A DNA stretch of 64,000 nucleotides. It comes from Barthelona sp. PAP020 (taxonomy: Eukaryota). Positions 1 to 8,791 of this stretch are shown here, one piece after another (the stretch's first letter is position 1; each line of letters opens with the position of its first letter). The stretch spans positions 1-64,000 of the forward strand of contig JARQWU010000003.1 in NCBI GenBank assembly GCA_040182905.1, read 5' to 3'. The position numbers and the translations under genes are program-made. Under the pieces are notes generated by a model. That model was given only the letters and a program-made list of their open reading frames with translations. It did no database searches and had not been told where the DNA came from.

Positions 1-170
1 TTTGTTAATTTTTTTAATAATTTTGTTTTCTTAATTTTTTTTTTTTTTTTTTTAATTAAAATATATTTTTTTTTTTTTTTTTTTTTTTTTGTGAAAAATT
101 GCCAAAGTGTATCATCAGTCAATTCTTGTGAAAAAAAAAAAAGAGACTAAAAAATTTATTCACCATGTCA

Positions 171-2615
171 TCAATTCCACAATCCTAATTGTGTCAAAAT
201 CACAGGAATTATGGGATTTTGTTCCACTAAAACTGGTTTTCTTTGAATTCTTCGAATCAATTCTTCCCAGGTATTTTTAAAACCAGATGACACACAACAT
301 TCGTATACTATACCTTTTTGTTGAGAAAAGCTTTTTGAAATTAAAGAAAAAAATTTTTTCAAATTTTGGTCAAACACAATTTTTAAAAGTTTCATGATAA
401 AATTTTGAGCAAGATTTCTTTGAATACCTGAAGCTTTTTCAACAAAATCAAAACTGGTTGGACACAAAATATTTGCAATATTTGCAATATTTGAAACAAT
501 ATGAATATCATGATTGATGCTTAAAGCCAATAAAGCTTGTAAAATATGATGCCTTTGATTATTTGAAAGATTCATTTCAAGTAAAAATTGTTGTAACAAT
601 GAAATAATTTTATTCATGTCAATGAATTCAAAAGTTGACAAGTAAAAAAAAAGGTTCCAATTTTTTTCATCTAAAGGCTCTAATTCATCGTTATCAATAT
701 CATTAACATGACTGATATCAGTATTTATTGAAGGATTTTTCTTTAAATCAAAGGAAATATTTATTTTCAACAATATTCTCATTAAAACACCAAAAACACA
801 ATCAATTGATGTTTTTTTCATGATTTGCAAAAAGATTTCGATGTACAACTCATCAATATTATCAATAAATGTTAACGATATTAAGAATGTGTTTAAAACA
901 ACAGATTTAGTGTTACTGTTATCATTTGCTAGCAACAAAATCAATTCAAACCATTTTTGCTGAATTTCAATATCCCATTGATAAAATACTCCCAATAAAT
1001 AACTCTCATTGTACCATATTAATTCATTATCAACAGACATTCTTGTTGTATTAAATTTCATTGGTTTTTTAAAAGCAAAAATAATACTTATTGCTTGATA
1101 AACACTATCTTCAAAATGTATGTTAAGTTTGATTGAAATTTTCATAAAATTTTTCAATATTTCAATCAATAGAATAATATTTTCATTCAATTCAGTTTTC
1201 ACTTTTGTTTTGCATAATATGCGACAAAATAATGAACATAATTCACTTAACTTTCTAAAATTCGTTTTGTTAATATCATTGATGATTAATTCCATGAACT
1301 CTTTGAAATAAATCAAAGTAGGTATAATTGTTGATTTCCTATGAAAGATTCTTTGAATATTAGTCTCAAATAAGGAGATTATATCAAATAAATCAAAAAT
1401 TTCTTCATCATTCTCTTCATTCTCTTCTTCATTCTCATGTTCATTCTCATTTTCATATAATCCCAAAATCACACTTTCAATCATGTCAATTATACTTAAT
1501 AAAGGATAATGTTGTTGACAACTGTGCATTAAAGTCTCTAAATAAGTTATACAACGTTTAAATATTTTTTTGTTGCTATTATACCTTACGGTTAAACTAA
1601 TCAAATAACAATTAACCTGAATGATTTGAGATTCAGATACAGTAGGATTCTTCATGGAATGAGGAGGAAAAAAAGGAAATTTTTCAAAAATCAAACGTAT
1701 CATTTCTGACAACTTCTCATCCAATAATTCTTCATTTAATAATTCATAATTCTCCAATTTAAGTAATTTTTCTGGTGTTTTTAGATATATTTGCTGAAAA
1801 ACATTCAAAATTCTTAAAGTGATGTAAAATAATTCCAAATCACTTTCAGAAGTAAAAGAAGCTAATGAAATATTTCCCCAAACCTTTTCCACAAGTAACA
1901 GAAATCGATAACTATTGTTTCTTAATTCAATATCATCACCATAATTCTCAATCATCATTTCATTGCCATTGTTTCCATAATTTTGATTGAATATTGTTGT
2001 TGGATTAAAATTTTTGATTTCTATCTTATTCTTCATGTTCTTTAAGGCTTCCAAAATCATTAAAATTGTTTCCAAATAGAATCTCTGCATCTTAAAAAAA
2101 TCAATCCCAAGTAAAGTGAAAGATTGTTCAAAATTGTTTATTAATAACTTAAATAAAGAATTCAAATTGTTTTCTAATAATATCGGAAATTTCAATGATA
2201 AATTCAAAATTTGCAAAGAAAAAAGTCGAATACTTTCATCAGATGAAGTTAAAGCTGTTGTTAAACAACTACAAAAAAAATGGGAAATAGATTTAATTTT
2301 TTCTTCTTTAACGTTGTTAAATATTATTTGTAATAGTTTTAAAGCAGTATTTCTAACATCTTTATGAATATCTAAAATACAAGGTAAAACATTTTTTAAT
2401 AGTTGAAAAATATCTTTCAAAATATAGGAAGGATATTTTTCTATTAATTCAATTATTCCTAATAATGCATCTTTTCTAACATTATGACTATGATGACTGA
2501 TACTTAATGATAATAATTCTTTTAAAGTATAATTTTTTGAAGTTGTGGGTTCATCAGTAATTATATCTGTTCTTATATGTTGTTTTCTAATTTGTATGCG
2601 TTTGGTTTGTATCAT
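171..2615 (-). CDS. Ipi1/TEX10-like Rix1-complex (pre-60S) protein
   Basis: 814-aa ORF. N-terminal HEAT-like segment LKELLSLSISHHSHNVRKDALLGIIELI...ILDIHKDVRNTALKLL matches the Ipi1_N pattern; the rest is divergent and helical. Confidence 0.75.
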   Translation of the reverse strand: MIQTKRIQIRKQHIRTDIITDEPTTSKNYTLKELLSLSISHHSHNVRKDALLGIIELIEKYPSYILKDIFQLLKNVLPCILDIHKDVRNTALKLLQIIFNNVKEEKIKSISHFFCSCLTTALTSSDESIRLFSLQILNLSLKFPILLENNLNSLFKLLINNFEQSFTLLGIDFFKMQRFYLETILMILEALKNMKNKIEIKNFNPTTIFNQNYGNNGNEMMIENYGDDIELRNNSYRFLLLVEKVWGNISLASFTSESDLELFYITLRILNVFQQIYLKTPEKLLKLENYELLNEELLDEKLSEMIRLIFEKFPFFPPHSMKNPTVSESQIIQVNCYLISLTVRYNSNKKIFKRCITYLETLMHSCQQHYPLLSIIDMIESVILGLYENENEHENEEENEENDEEIFDLFDIISLFETNIQRIFHRKSTIIPTLIYFKEFMELIINDINKTNFRKLSELCSLFCRILCKTKVKTELNENIILLIEILKNFMKISIKLNIHFEDSVYQAISIIFAFKKPMKFNTTRMSVDNELIWYNESYLLGVFYQWDIEIQQKWFELILLLANDNSNTKSVVLNTFLISLTFIDNIDELYIEIFLQIMKKTSIDCVFGVLMRILLKINISFDLKKNPSINTDISHVNDIDNDELEPLDEKNWNLFFYLSTFEFIDMNKIISLLQQFLLEMNLSNNQRHHILQALLALSINHDIHIVSNIANIANILCPTSFDFVEKASGIQRNLAQNFIMKLLKIVFDQNLKKFFSLISKSFSQQKGIVYECCVSSGFKNTWEELIRRIQRKPVLVEQNPIIPVILTQLGLWN

Positions 2616-2709
2616 TTCATTATTTTCTTGAATAATTTAATTAAATGGTTTGAGAGTAAAATTGGTTTTTTATTTTTTTCACACACTATTTCAAAATAAT
2701 TATGATGAA

Positions 2710-5700
2710 ATGAACTTTAACATATGTATATATTTAATATTAATAATAATATTCTTTAAAACAAATGTATTTTGTTTTGAACAAAAAATTGATGCTGATT
2801 TAAAACCTTTTTCAAAAGTATTGATAATTTATAGTTATCATTATCAATCTTATTGGCAAAATTGTGTATCGACGGGGATACATCAAACCTTAAATGATCA
2901 TTATCAAGCGACCTTGAATCCATTATTGGTTTATGAAGAGCAATTGTTTTCTAGATCAGGCAATTATACTATTAAAGGGTTTAAAACAACTTTAAAAAGT
3001 GATTATGATAGGTACATTGTTGATTATTTTCATAAGAAGTATAAGGATGAGGATATAGACTATTTATTGGTTTTAAATAATGATGCTGGATATTTTGTGA
3101 ATTATATGTTGATGAATAATTTGTTGAAAAGACCAAAGAATCTATTTTTAGGAGCTATTTCGTATAATTTTGAAGAGAATACAAATATTCAGGATTTTGA
3201 CAATATGACATCGTCTCAAATACATGGTAATTGGGAATTTGATGCTACATATTATCTTGCAGTAAAATTGTTTCCACATCGAAAAAAGATTGTAATTTTC
3301 ACTTCGTCATATCTTCCAATAGCTGTTCCGATACTAAGTTATTTTGCAAACAGGGATAATTTGACTGTAGAATCTATTCGAGATGCTGATTATACTTATG
3401 AAGGTTTTATTGAAAAAATAAAGGAATATTCAGATTCTTCAGAGTATATTGGTTTTTATGCTGGTATTTTTGCCTTCAAATCAACAGTATCAACCAAATT
3501 TACACAAGAAATCTTTGAACCTGTGGTGTTGAAGAAGTTAAATCATTTGAATATACCAATCTTTGGTTTTTATGAAGAATGTATTCACGAATATTTGTTT
3601 GGTGGGTATGTTTTTTCTGGTGAAGGAATAGGTGAGCTTATAGCAGAATACATTTTTAATATTGGGTTGAAACATACGATTCTAGCAAATAAGCTTGTTA
3701 TTAACAAAACTCAAGCAATTTCTTTCAATGTTGAGCTAAATTTATTGAATGATGCATATTTTATCAAGACAGTAGATAATCAGTACAATATGGAGAACAT
3801 CAGGATTTTTTTTGTTTGCATTAGTATTGCTATATTAACTGCTACCGGTATAATATTGTATATTATTCATAAACATTTAGATTTCGTTAAGAATGAAAAG
3901 AGAAGTCATTCAAACCTATCAAAAGCCATTGTAAAAACGTTAAATCAATACATGCTTATCAGCAGAGGTAGTGACGTCTTGTTAGAATCTGGTTCAATTG
4001 AAGAAAAACCATTGGTTTTCAAGAATAATATTGAAAAGAAAAAGATCAATGAACACGCAAGTTATTCCAGAGATAGTGTAAATTACTTCGCAAATGTTTC
4101 AAAAAATACAAACGAAATATTGAAATCCATTTTGAAAAAATCGGAAATGTTCATGAAAATTTCAGAATATTGCACATCTGATGCCTATCTTGAAACGAAT
4201 GGAAACAAGAAGTGTGAAATTTTTGAGTTAAACTTAAATTTTCTGCCAGATAAAGTGATGGAGAAATTGGTAGCAGACTGGAGTGCAAATAATTTTAACA
4301 ATAATGCTTTTATTTATTCATTTTCAAACTTGCATTTTGAATTTGAAATTACACCTATTTTGATTAGAGCTCAGCCTCAATTATTGTTCAAAGCGAACAA
4401 TATCAGTGGTTCACATGCCTTAATGGCTTCATTATTTATGAGAGAATGGTATTTAAGTGCAATTTTAGATGCTATACATGATCCTATCATTGCTTTGGAT
4501 GGTCCTATGGTTGTAATGATGAATTTAGCCGCAAGAAAATTACTACATATTGTAAATGATGAGAATGATGGTTATATATCAAATTTTCAACAACCAGTCT
4601 TTAAGAACAAGTCTATTTTCAAACTGTTGGAAAGTGCTTTTCCTGATTTTAAAAAGGATATGTTGGCTACCATTTTAAACAATCAGATACCATTATTTAA
4701 TCTCGATTTAGGTGAGAAAACCTTTATGTGTCATCTAAATCGTTTCTTTCATAATTCTGTTGTTGTTGTTTTCAATAACATATCTGATATGGAGAGGATG
4801 AGACATCAATTGAAGCATGCTCAACGTTTAGAAGCATTAGGCCAGTTGGGTGGGGGAGTAGCTCATAATTTCAACAATATTTTAATGGGAATAATTGGTG
4901 TTTGTGATAATATCTGTGATGACATTGTTAAATTGCCCAATTTTACATTAATGACGAATGTCAACAACTCTCCTTTATCCACTTTTGATACGTTTGATGA
5001 AGAAGAAATCCAAATGAATCCTGAAAGAACTGGTTATTATATTTTGAAGCAAATTCAAAAGATAGCTGAACGTGGTGCAGAAGTTGTGCAACGTTTGTTA
5101 CATTTGACAAGGTTAAAACGTAGTACTGAGACTAGTATTGATGTGAATGCATTAATTTGTGATCTTTTTGAATTGATAAAGATGCAAGCACAATCAAAGA
5201 ATGTAGATCCAAGGTTATTTTCACAAATTGACTTCCAGACACCCATATCCATTATTGGAGATTCAACTGAGATTCATTCTTGTGTCATGAATGTTGCAAA
5301 AAATTCTATTGAAGCTACTGTTCATTCAGGTTGTGTTTTGGTGACAGCAATGGTGGGTAAACTAACAGATTTTTACAGTGCGGAGGAAATTAACAATTCA
5401 TTAACTTCCACTAATTCTATTCGTCATGATGAAGTCTTGTTTACCACAGATTTACTTGAACATGAAATTGATGATGATGAATTGTCAGAAAATACCACCA
5501 TTAAGCCCTTGACTATTAACCCCTATGGAGATTCTCCCATGTTATCACCTATGAAAGGTACTTTAGGAGACGTATTTTCATTAAGTAACCACATTGAATT
5601 AGATGTAAGCACTGCCAAGATTGATTCTGTTTCGAGTGGACTTGAACATAGTACAAGCGGTGTTAGTTCGGCTAATGAAGAAGAAAATCCTAGTTTAAGA

Positions 5701-6813
5701 TCTCCTGGTCATGTTTCCAAGATATCATCATTAGGCAATTCATATTTTGTCAGGGATGACTTTGAAAGTGGAACTTCTAATCCTAATAGTTATCAACCAT
5801 CCAAATTTAGTTCTGTTGTTACCACACCTGTGACATCAAATGGCTCTAGTTTTGCTTCAGATGGGTTTAACACACTCCTTCAAGAAAATAAAAGTCATAG
5901 AAGAGCAGTTATTTCATCGTTGAGTGAGAATTCGGATAATGAAACCACTTCAATATCTCTGTTAAATTTGGAAACCTTTACTCTTTCTGAAGATGAATAC
6001 AGTCAATTTGAATCGGTAATTGACAACAATTTAATCAATGATGAAAATGAACAAATGTTGTCATTTGTTGAAAATGGATTTCTTAACCCACATGAATGTG
6101 CAAGTTCTTGGATTATCCCACCCGATCATAATTTGAAGAATAACCGTGTTTTACGTATTAGTATTAGGGACAATGGCATTGGTATACCTAAATCAAAGTT
6201 GTTGACCATCTTCTTGTGTTTTTACACCACAAAAGAATCAGATGGCACAGGATTAGGTTTGCCTGCTGTTTATACCACAATAAAAAATCATTTTGGTGCT
6301 TTAAAAGTTATGAGTCGTGAAAACTATGGTACGGCCTTTGATATTATCTTTCCACTTGCCGATGTTCATGCTACTCAATCTTCTAGTACAAATACCAAGG
6401 CGTCATTAACCCAAAAAACGAACAGTTATCGAATTTTAGTTGTCGATGATGATTTGTTGGTGAATGAAGTTGTTAGTGGAGTGTTGATTCGTAACAATAT
6501 GGAAGTTATAAACGCTTTTTCAGGTAAAGAAGCTATTGATTTGATGAATGAGGGTCAGACATTTGATTTGGCAATTTTAGATGTATTGATGCCTGAAATG
6601 AGTGGAAAAGAACTGTTTTCAATCATTAGAAATAGGTTTCCTACTTTACCTATCATTTTTATGAGTGGATATATAAAGGATCACGATATTTCTGCTTGTT
6701 TGGACTCAATTACGAAATTTTTGACTAAACCTTTCAGTACAAATTTATTATTGGAAACTGTGAATTCTATCACCTTATCAGATAACAAAGAGAAACTAAT
6801 TGAAGAATTGTAA
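2710..6813 (+). CDS. Membrane-bound hybrid sensor histidine kinase (signal peptide, extracellular sensor, TM, PAS, HisKA, HATPase, REC), bacterial CckA/NtrB type
   Basis: First in-frame ATG is 2710 (ORF track starts at TTG 2650). Hydrophobic N-terminus; TM IFFVCISIAILTATGIILYII; PAS-like AILDAIHDPIIALD; H-box AQRLEALGQLGGGVAHNFNNIL; N-box NVAKNSIEA; G1 DNGIGI; F/G2 FYTTKESDGTGLGL; REC ILVVDDD...AILDVLMPEMSG...FMSGY...TKPF. Confidence 0.92.
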   Translation: MNFNICIYLILIIIFFKTNVFCFEQKIDADLKPFSKVLIIYSYHYQSYWQNCVSTGIHQTLNDHYQATLNPLLVYEEQLFSRSGNYTIKGFKTTLKSDYDRYIVDYFHKKYKDEDIDYLLVLNNDAGYFVNYMLMNNLLKRPKNLFLGAISYNFEENTNIQDFDNMTSSQIHGNWEFDATYYLAVKLFPHRKKIVIFTSSYLPIAVPILSYFANRDNLTVESIRDADYTYEGFIEKIKEYSDSSEYIGFYAGIFAFKSTVSTKFTQEIFEPVVLKKLNHLNIPIFGFYEECIHEYLFGGYVFSGEGIGELIAEYIFNIGLKHTILANKLVINKTQAISFNVELNLLNDAYFIKTVDNQYNMENIRIFFVCISIAILTATGIILYIIHKHLDFVKNEKRSHSNLSKAIVKTLNQYMLISRGSDVLLESGSIEEKPLVFKNNIEKKKINEHASYSRDSVNYFANVSKNTNEILKSILKKSEMFMKISEYCTSDAYLETNGNKKCEIFELNLNFLPDKVMEKLVADWSANNFNNNAFIYSFSNLHFEFEITPILIRAQPQLLFKANNISGSHALMASLFMREWYLSAILDAIHDPIIALDGPMVVMMNLAARKLLHIVNDENDGYISNFQQPVFKNKSIFKLLESAFPDFKKDMLATILNNQIPLFNLDLGEKTFMCHLNRFFHNSVVVVFNNISDMERMRHQLKHAQRLEALGQLGGGVAHNFNNILMGIIGVCDNICDDIVKLPNFTLMTNVNNSPLSTFDTFDEEEIQMNPERTGYYILKQIQKIAERGAEVVQRLLHLTRLKRSTETSIDVNALICDLFELIKMQAQSKNVDPRLFSQIDFQTPISIIGDSTEIHSCVMNVAKNSIEATVHSGCVLVTAMVGKLTDFYSAEEINNSLTSTNSIRHDEVLFTTDLLEHEIDDDELSENTTIKPLTINPYGDSPMLSPMKGTLGDVFSLSNHIELDVSTAKIDSVSSGLEHSTSGVSSANEEENPSLRSPGHVSKISSLGNSYFVRDDFESGTSNPNSYQPSKFSSVVTTPVTSNGSSFASDGFNTLLQENKSHRRAVISSLSENSDNETTSISLLNLETFTLSEDEYSQFESVIDNNLINDENEQMLSFVENGFLNPHECASSWIIPPDHNLKNNRVLRISIRDNGIGIPKSKLLTIFLCFYTTKESDGTGLGLPAVYTTIKNHFGALKVMSRENYGTAFDIIFPLADVHATQSSSTNTKASLTQKTNSYRILVVDDDLLVNEVVSGVLIRNNMEVINAFSGKEAIDLMNEGQTFDLAILDVLMPEMSGKELFSIIRNRFPTLPIIFMSGYIKDHDISACLDSITKFLTKPFSTNLLLETVNSITLSDNKEKLIEEL

Positions 6814-6907
6814 ATGTCTATTTGTGTGCTGTAAATGTTTATTTCTTCGCAAATACATTATCTAACATCACCAAGAGGATGATAGTAGCAAGTAAGCTTA
6901 AGCAATA

Positions 6908-7233
6908 TTTAATGCAATAAAAGGATACAAAGACTCTTACAAGTGCTGTATGATTGGTTCATAAATCAAAACAGTTGAAATCTAATTGTAGATCTTTAAC
7001 AAACAATTGTCTGTAATCTGATAAAGTGGTAAAATTAGAGATAGAAGACAAAAACCTTTCTTTGATGAAAAATTGGAGAATGAAAGAAAACTTAGGTTGA
7101 ATGAAGAAACTGAGCTCTACTGATGACTTTTTAAGTTTCAGTAGGTGTAACACAATATGTAAAAAATTTTGGATTTCTTTTTCATATGTTCGCATCTTGT
7201 GTTATTATCATTCACAGAGTTTAATGCAATAAA
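6908..7233. repeat. 14-bp direct repeat TTTAATGCAATAAA (6908-6921 and 7220-7233) flanking 298 bp
   Basis: Two exact copies read directly in the convergent gap between the histidine kinase and PMI genes. Confidence 0.8.
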
Positions 7234-7423
7234 TACAGAAAGCAAAAAGAGAAAAGGAGTTTTCAAGATTTCGGCTGCCTTTCCCTTTGGCAAGTTTTCT
7301 TCGTGAAGAATGAACAGTTGGATTTTGGATCTTGAATGAATAAATGTTAATATTGTTTACTTTGTTCTTCTCTCATGCTAAAACAATAAAAAAATCAACT
7401 AAATACAAAAGATTTATACAATC

Positions 7424-8515
7424 TCAATAAATGCCAAGAAATACATCGTTTGACAAAGAATTTTCCAATGACTTAAAAGTGTATTGACCGGGTAAAAGAC
7501 AAAAACATTCACCTTTAACAAATTTCTTTGAAATTTTGTCATCTTCAATGACAATCTCACCATTAACCACAAAACCAAGCGCCATTGTGCTAAAAATAAG
7601 TTGTTGAGAAACTTCACCTTCCATTTTTCCATGTATCAGCTTGAAAGAATCAACAGGTGGATTGTAAGTGATAAAAGAACCAACAACTTCTGGGAATAAT
7701 TCAATATCTGCAAAAGTTTTATATTCAAGCATTCTAATCAATGTTTCTTTGTCAATAAACTTTGGAGTCAAACCACATCGTACAACATTGTCAGAAAGAT
7801 TCATTATTTCAACCAATTCACCAGACAAATAAGCATGAGGTGTATTGGCAGGAATAAATACGGCATCTCCAGGTTGCAAACAACGATATTGCAAGAAAAA
7901 TGGAAATAATGTCCCCAAATCATTGGGATACAAGCTATTTAATCGTAAAACTAAACTAGAAAAATCATTTTCAACTGTATTAATGTCTTCAATACATTCA
8001 ACAATTGATTCATGAGACAAAAATAATAAATGTTTGATTTGCTCTTGAAGTGAAGAACAATCTTTAAACTCTTCATAAACACGTGGATATTGACGTAAGA
8101 GATTCAAACATTCTTCTGAAGATCGAAAACCCAACAACAATTCAGTTTCTTCAATAGCTACTGCCATTTCGGGTTTAGCGTTGGAATCAGGATAATGTGA
8201 AGGGTCAATAGAGTGTAATTCAATTGCTAAAGTAGGATCTGGATGAGATTGAATTGATAAAGGCTTCGATATTGATAATATTTTCATCAAAAAAGGAATA
8301 TTACAAGATTTTTCTTCAATTAATGCCTTTAATGAAGTAGAATTATTATTGATATTAATAGTACTTTCACCAGAAGGATGGATTCCTAACCATAATTCCG
8401 CAAAAGTATTTTTTTCATCAGTTTCATTTGGGTCAACAAAATATTGAATCAGTGATTCATTTAAATGTCTTCCCCATGCATAATTTTTGACTGAAGGATT
8501 GAGTGAATAAAACAT
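7424..8515 (-). CDS. MPI: Mannose-6-phosphate isomerase, type I
   Basis: First ATG at 8515. Motifs YAWG, AELWLGIHP, PFLMKILSISKPLSIQSHPD, YPDSNAKPEMA, PHAYLSG, SDNVVRCGLTPK. Confidence 0.95.
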   Translation of the reverse strand: MFYSLNPSVKNYAWGRHLNESLIQYFVDPNETDEKNTFAELWLGIHPSGESTININNNSTSLKALIEEKSCNIPFLMKILSISKPLSIQSHPDPTLAIELHSIDPSHYPDSNAKPEMAVAIEETELLLGFRSSEECLNLLRQYPRVYEEFKDCSSLQEQIKHLLFLSHESIVECIEDINTVENDFSSLVLRLNSLYPNDLGTLFPFFLQYRCLQPGDAVFIPANTPHAYLSGELVEIMNLSDNVVRCGLTPKFIDKETLIRMLEYKTFADIELFPEVVGSFITYNPPVDSFKLIHGKMEGEVSQQLIFSTMALGFVVNGEIVIEDDKISKKFVKGECFCLLPGQYTFKSLENSLSNDVFLGIY

Positions 8516-8791
8516 TTGATAAAGATTCAAGGATTTTCTTTTCTTTTACATTCAAAGTTTGGAAAATCAAATTGATTTTTTTTCTCTCTGTTATTGAAAA
8601 CTACATTTTAAAACACATAAATAAAAGAAAAAGGGACAATTGAAATGGAAAAAAATACACAACAATTTATTGACTTTAAATATGGAAAAGATTCAAATGA
8701 GTACACAATGAATCAAAGAAACACACTGTTGAACACTTGATTTTTGGATTTAAATTACAGTTTTCTTTTACTAAATAAAAATGTCTGTTTT

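Noticed and set aside
7120..7144. CTGATGA, resembling a hammerhead ribozyme core
   Set aside because: No correctly placed GAAA or three-stem junction; it lies inside a simple hairpin.
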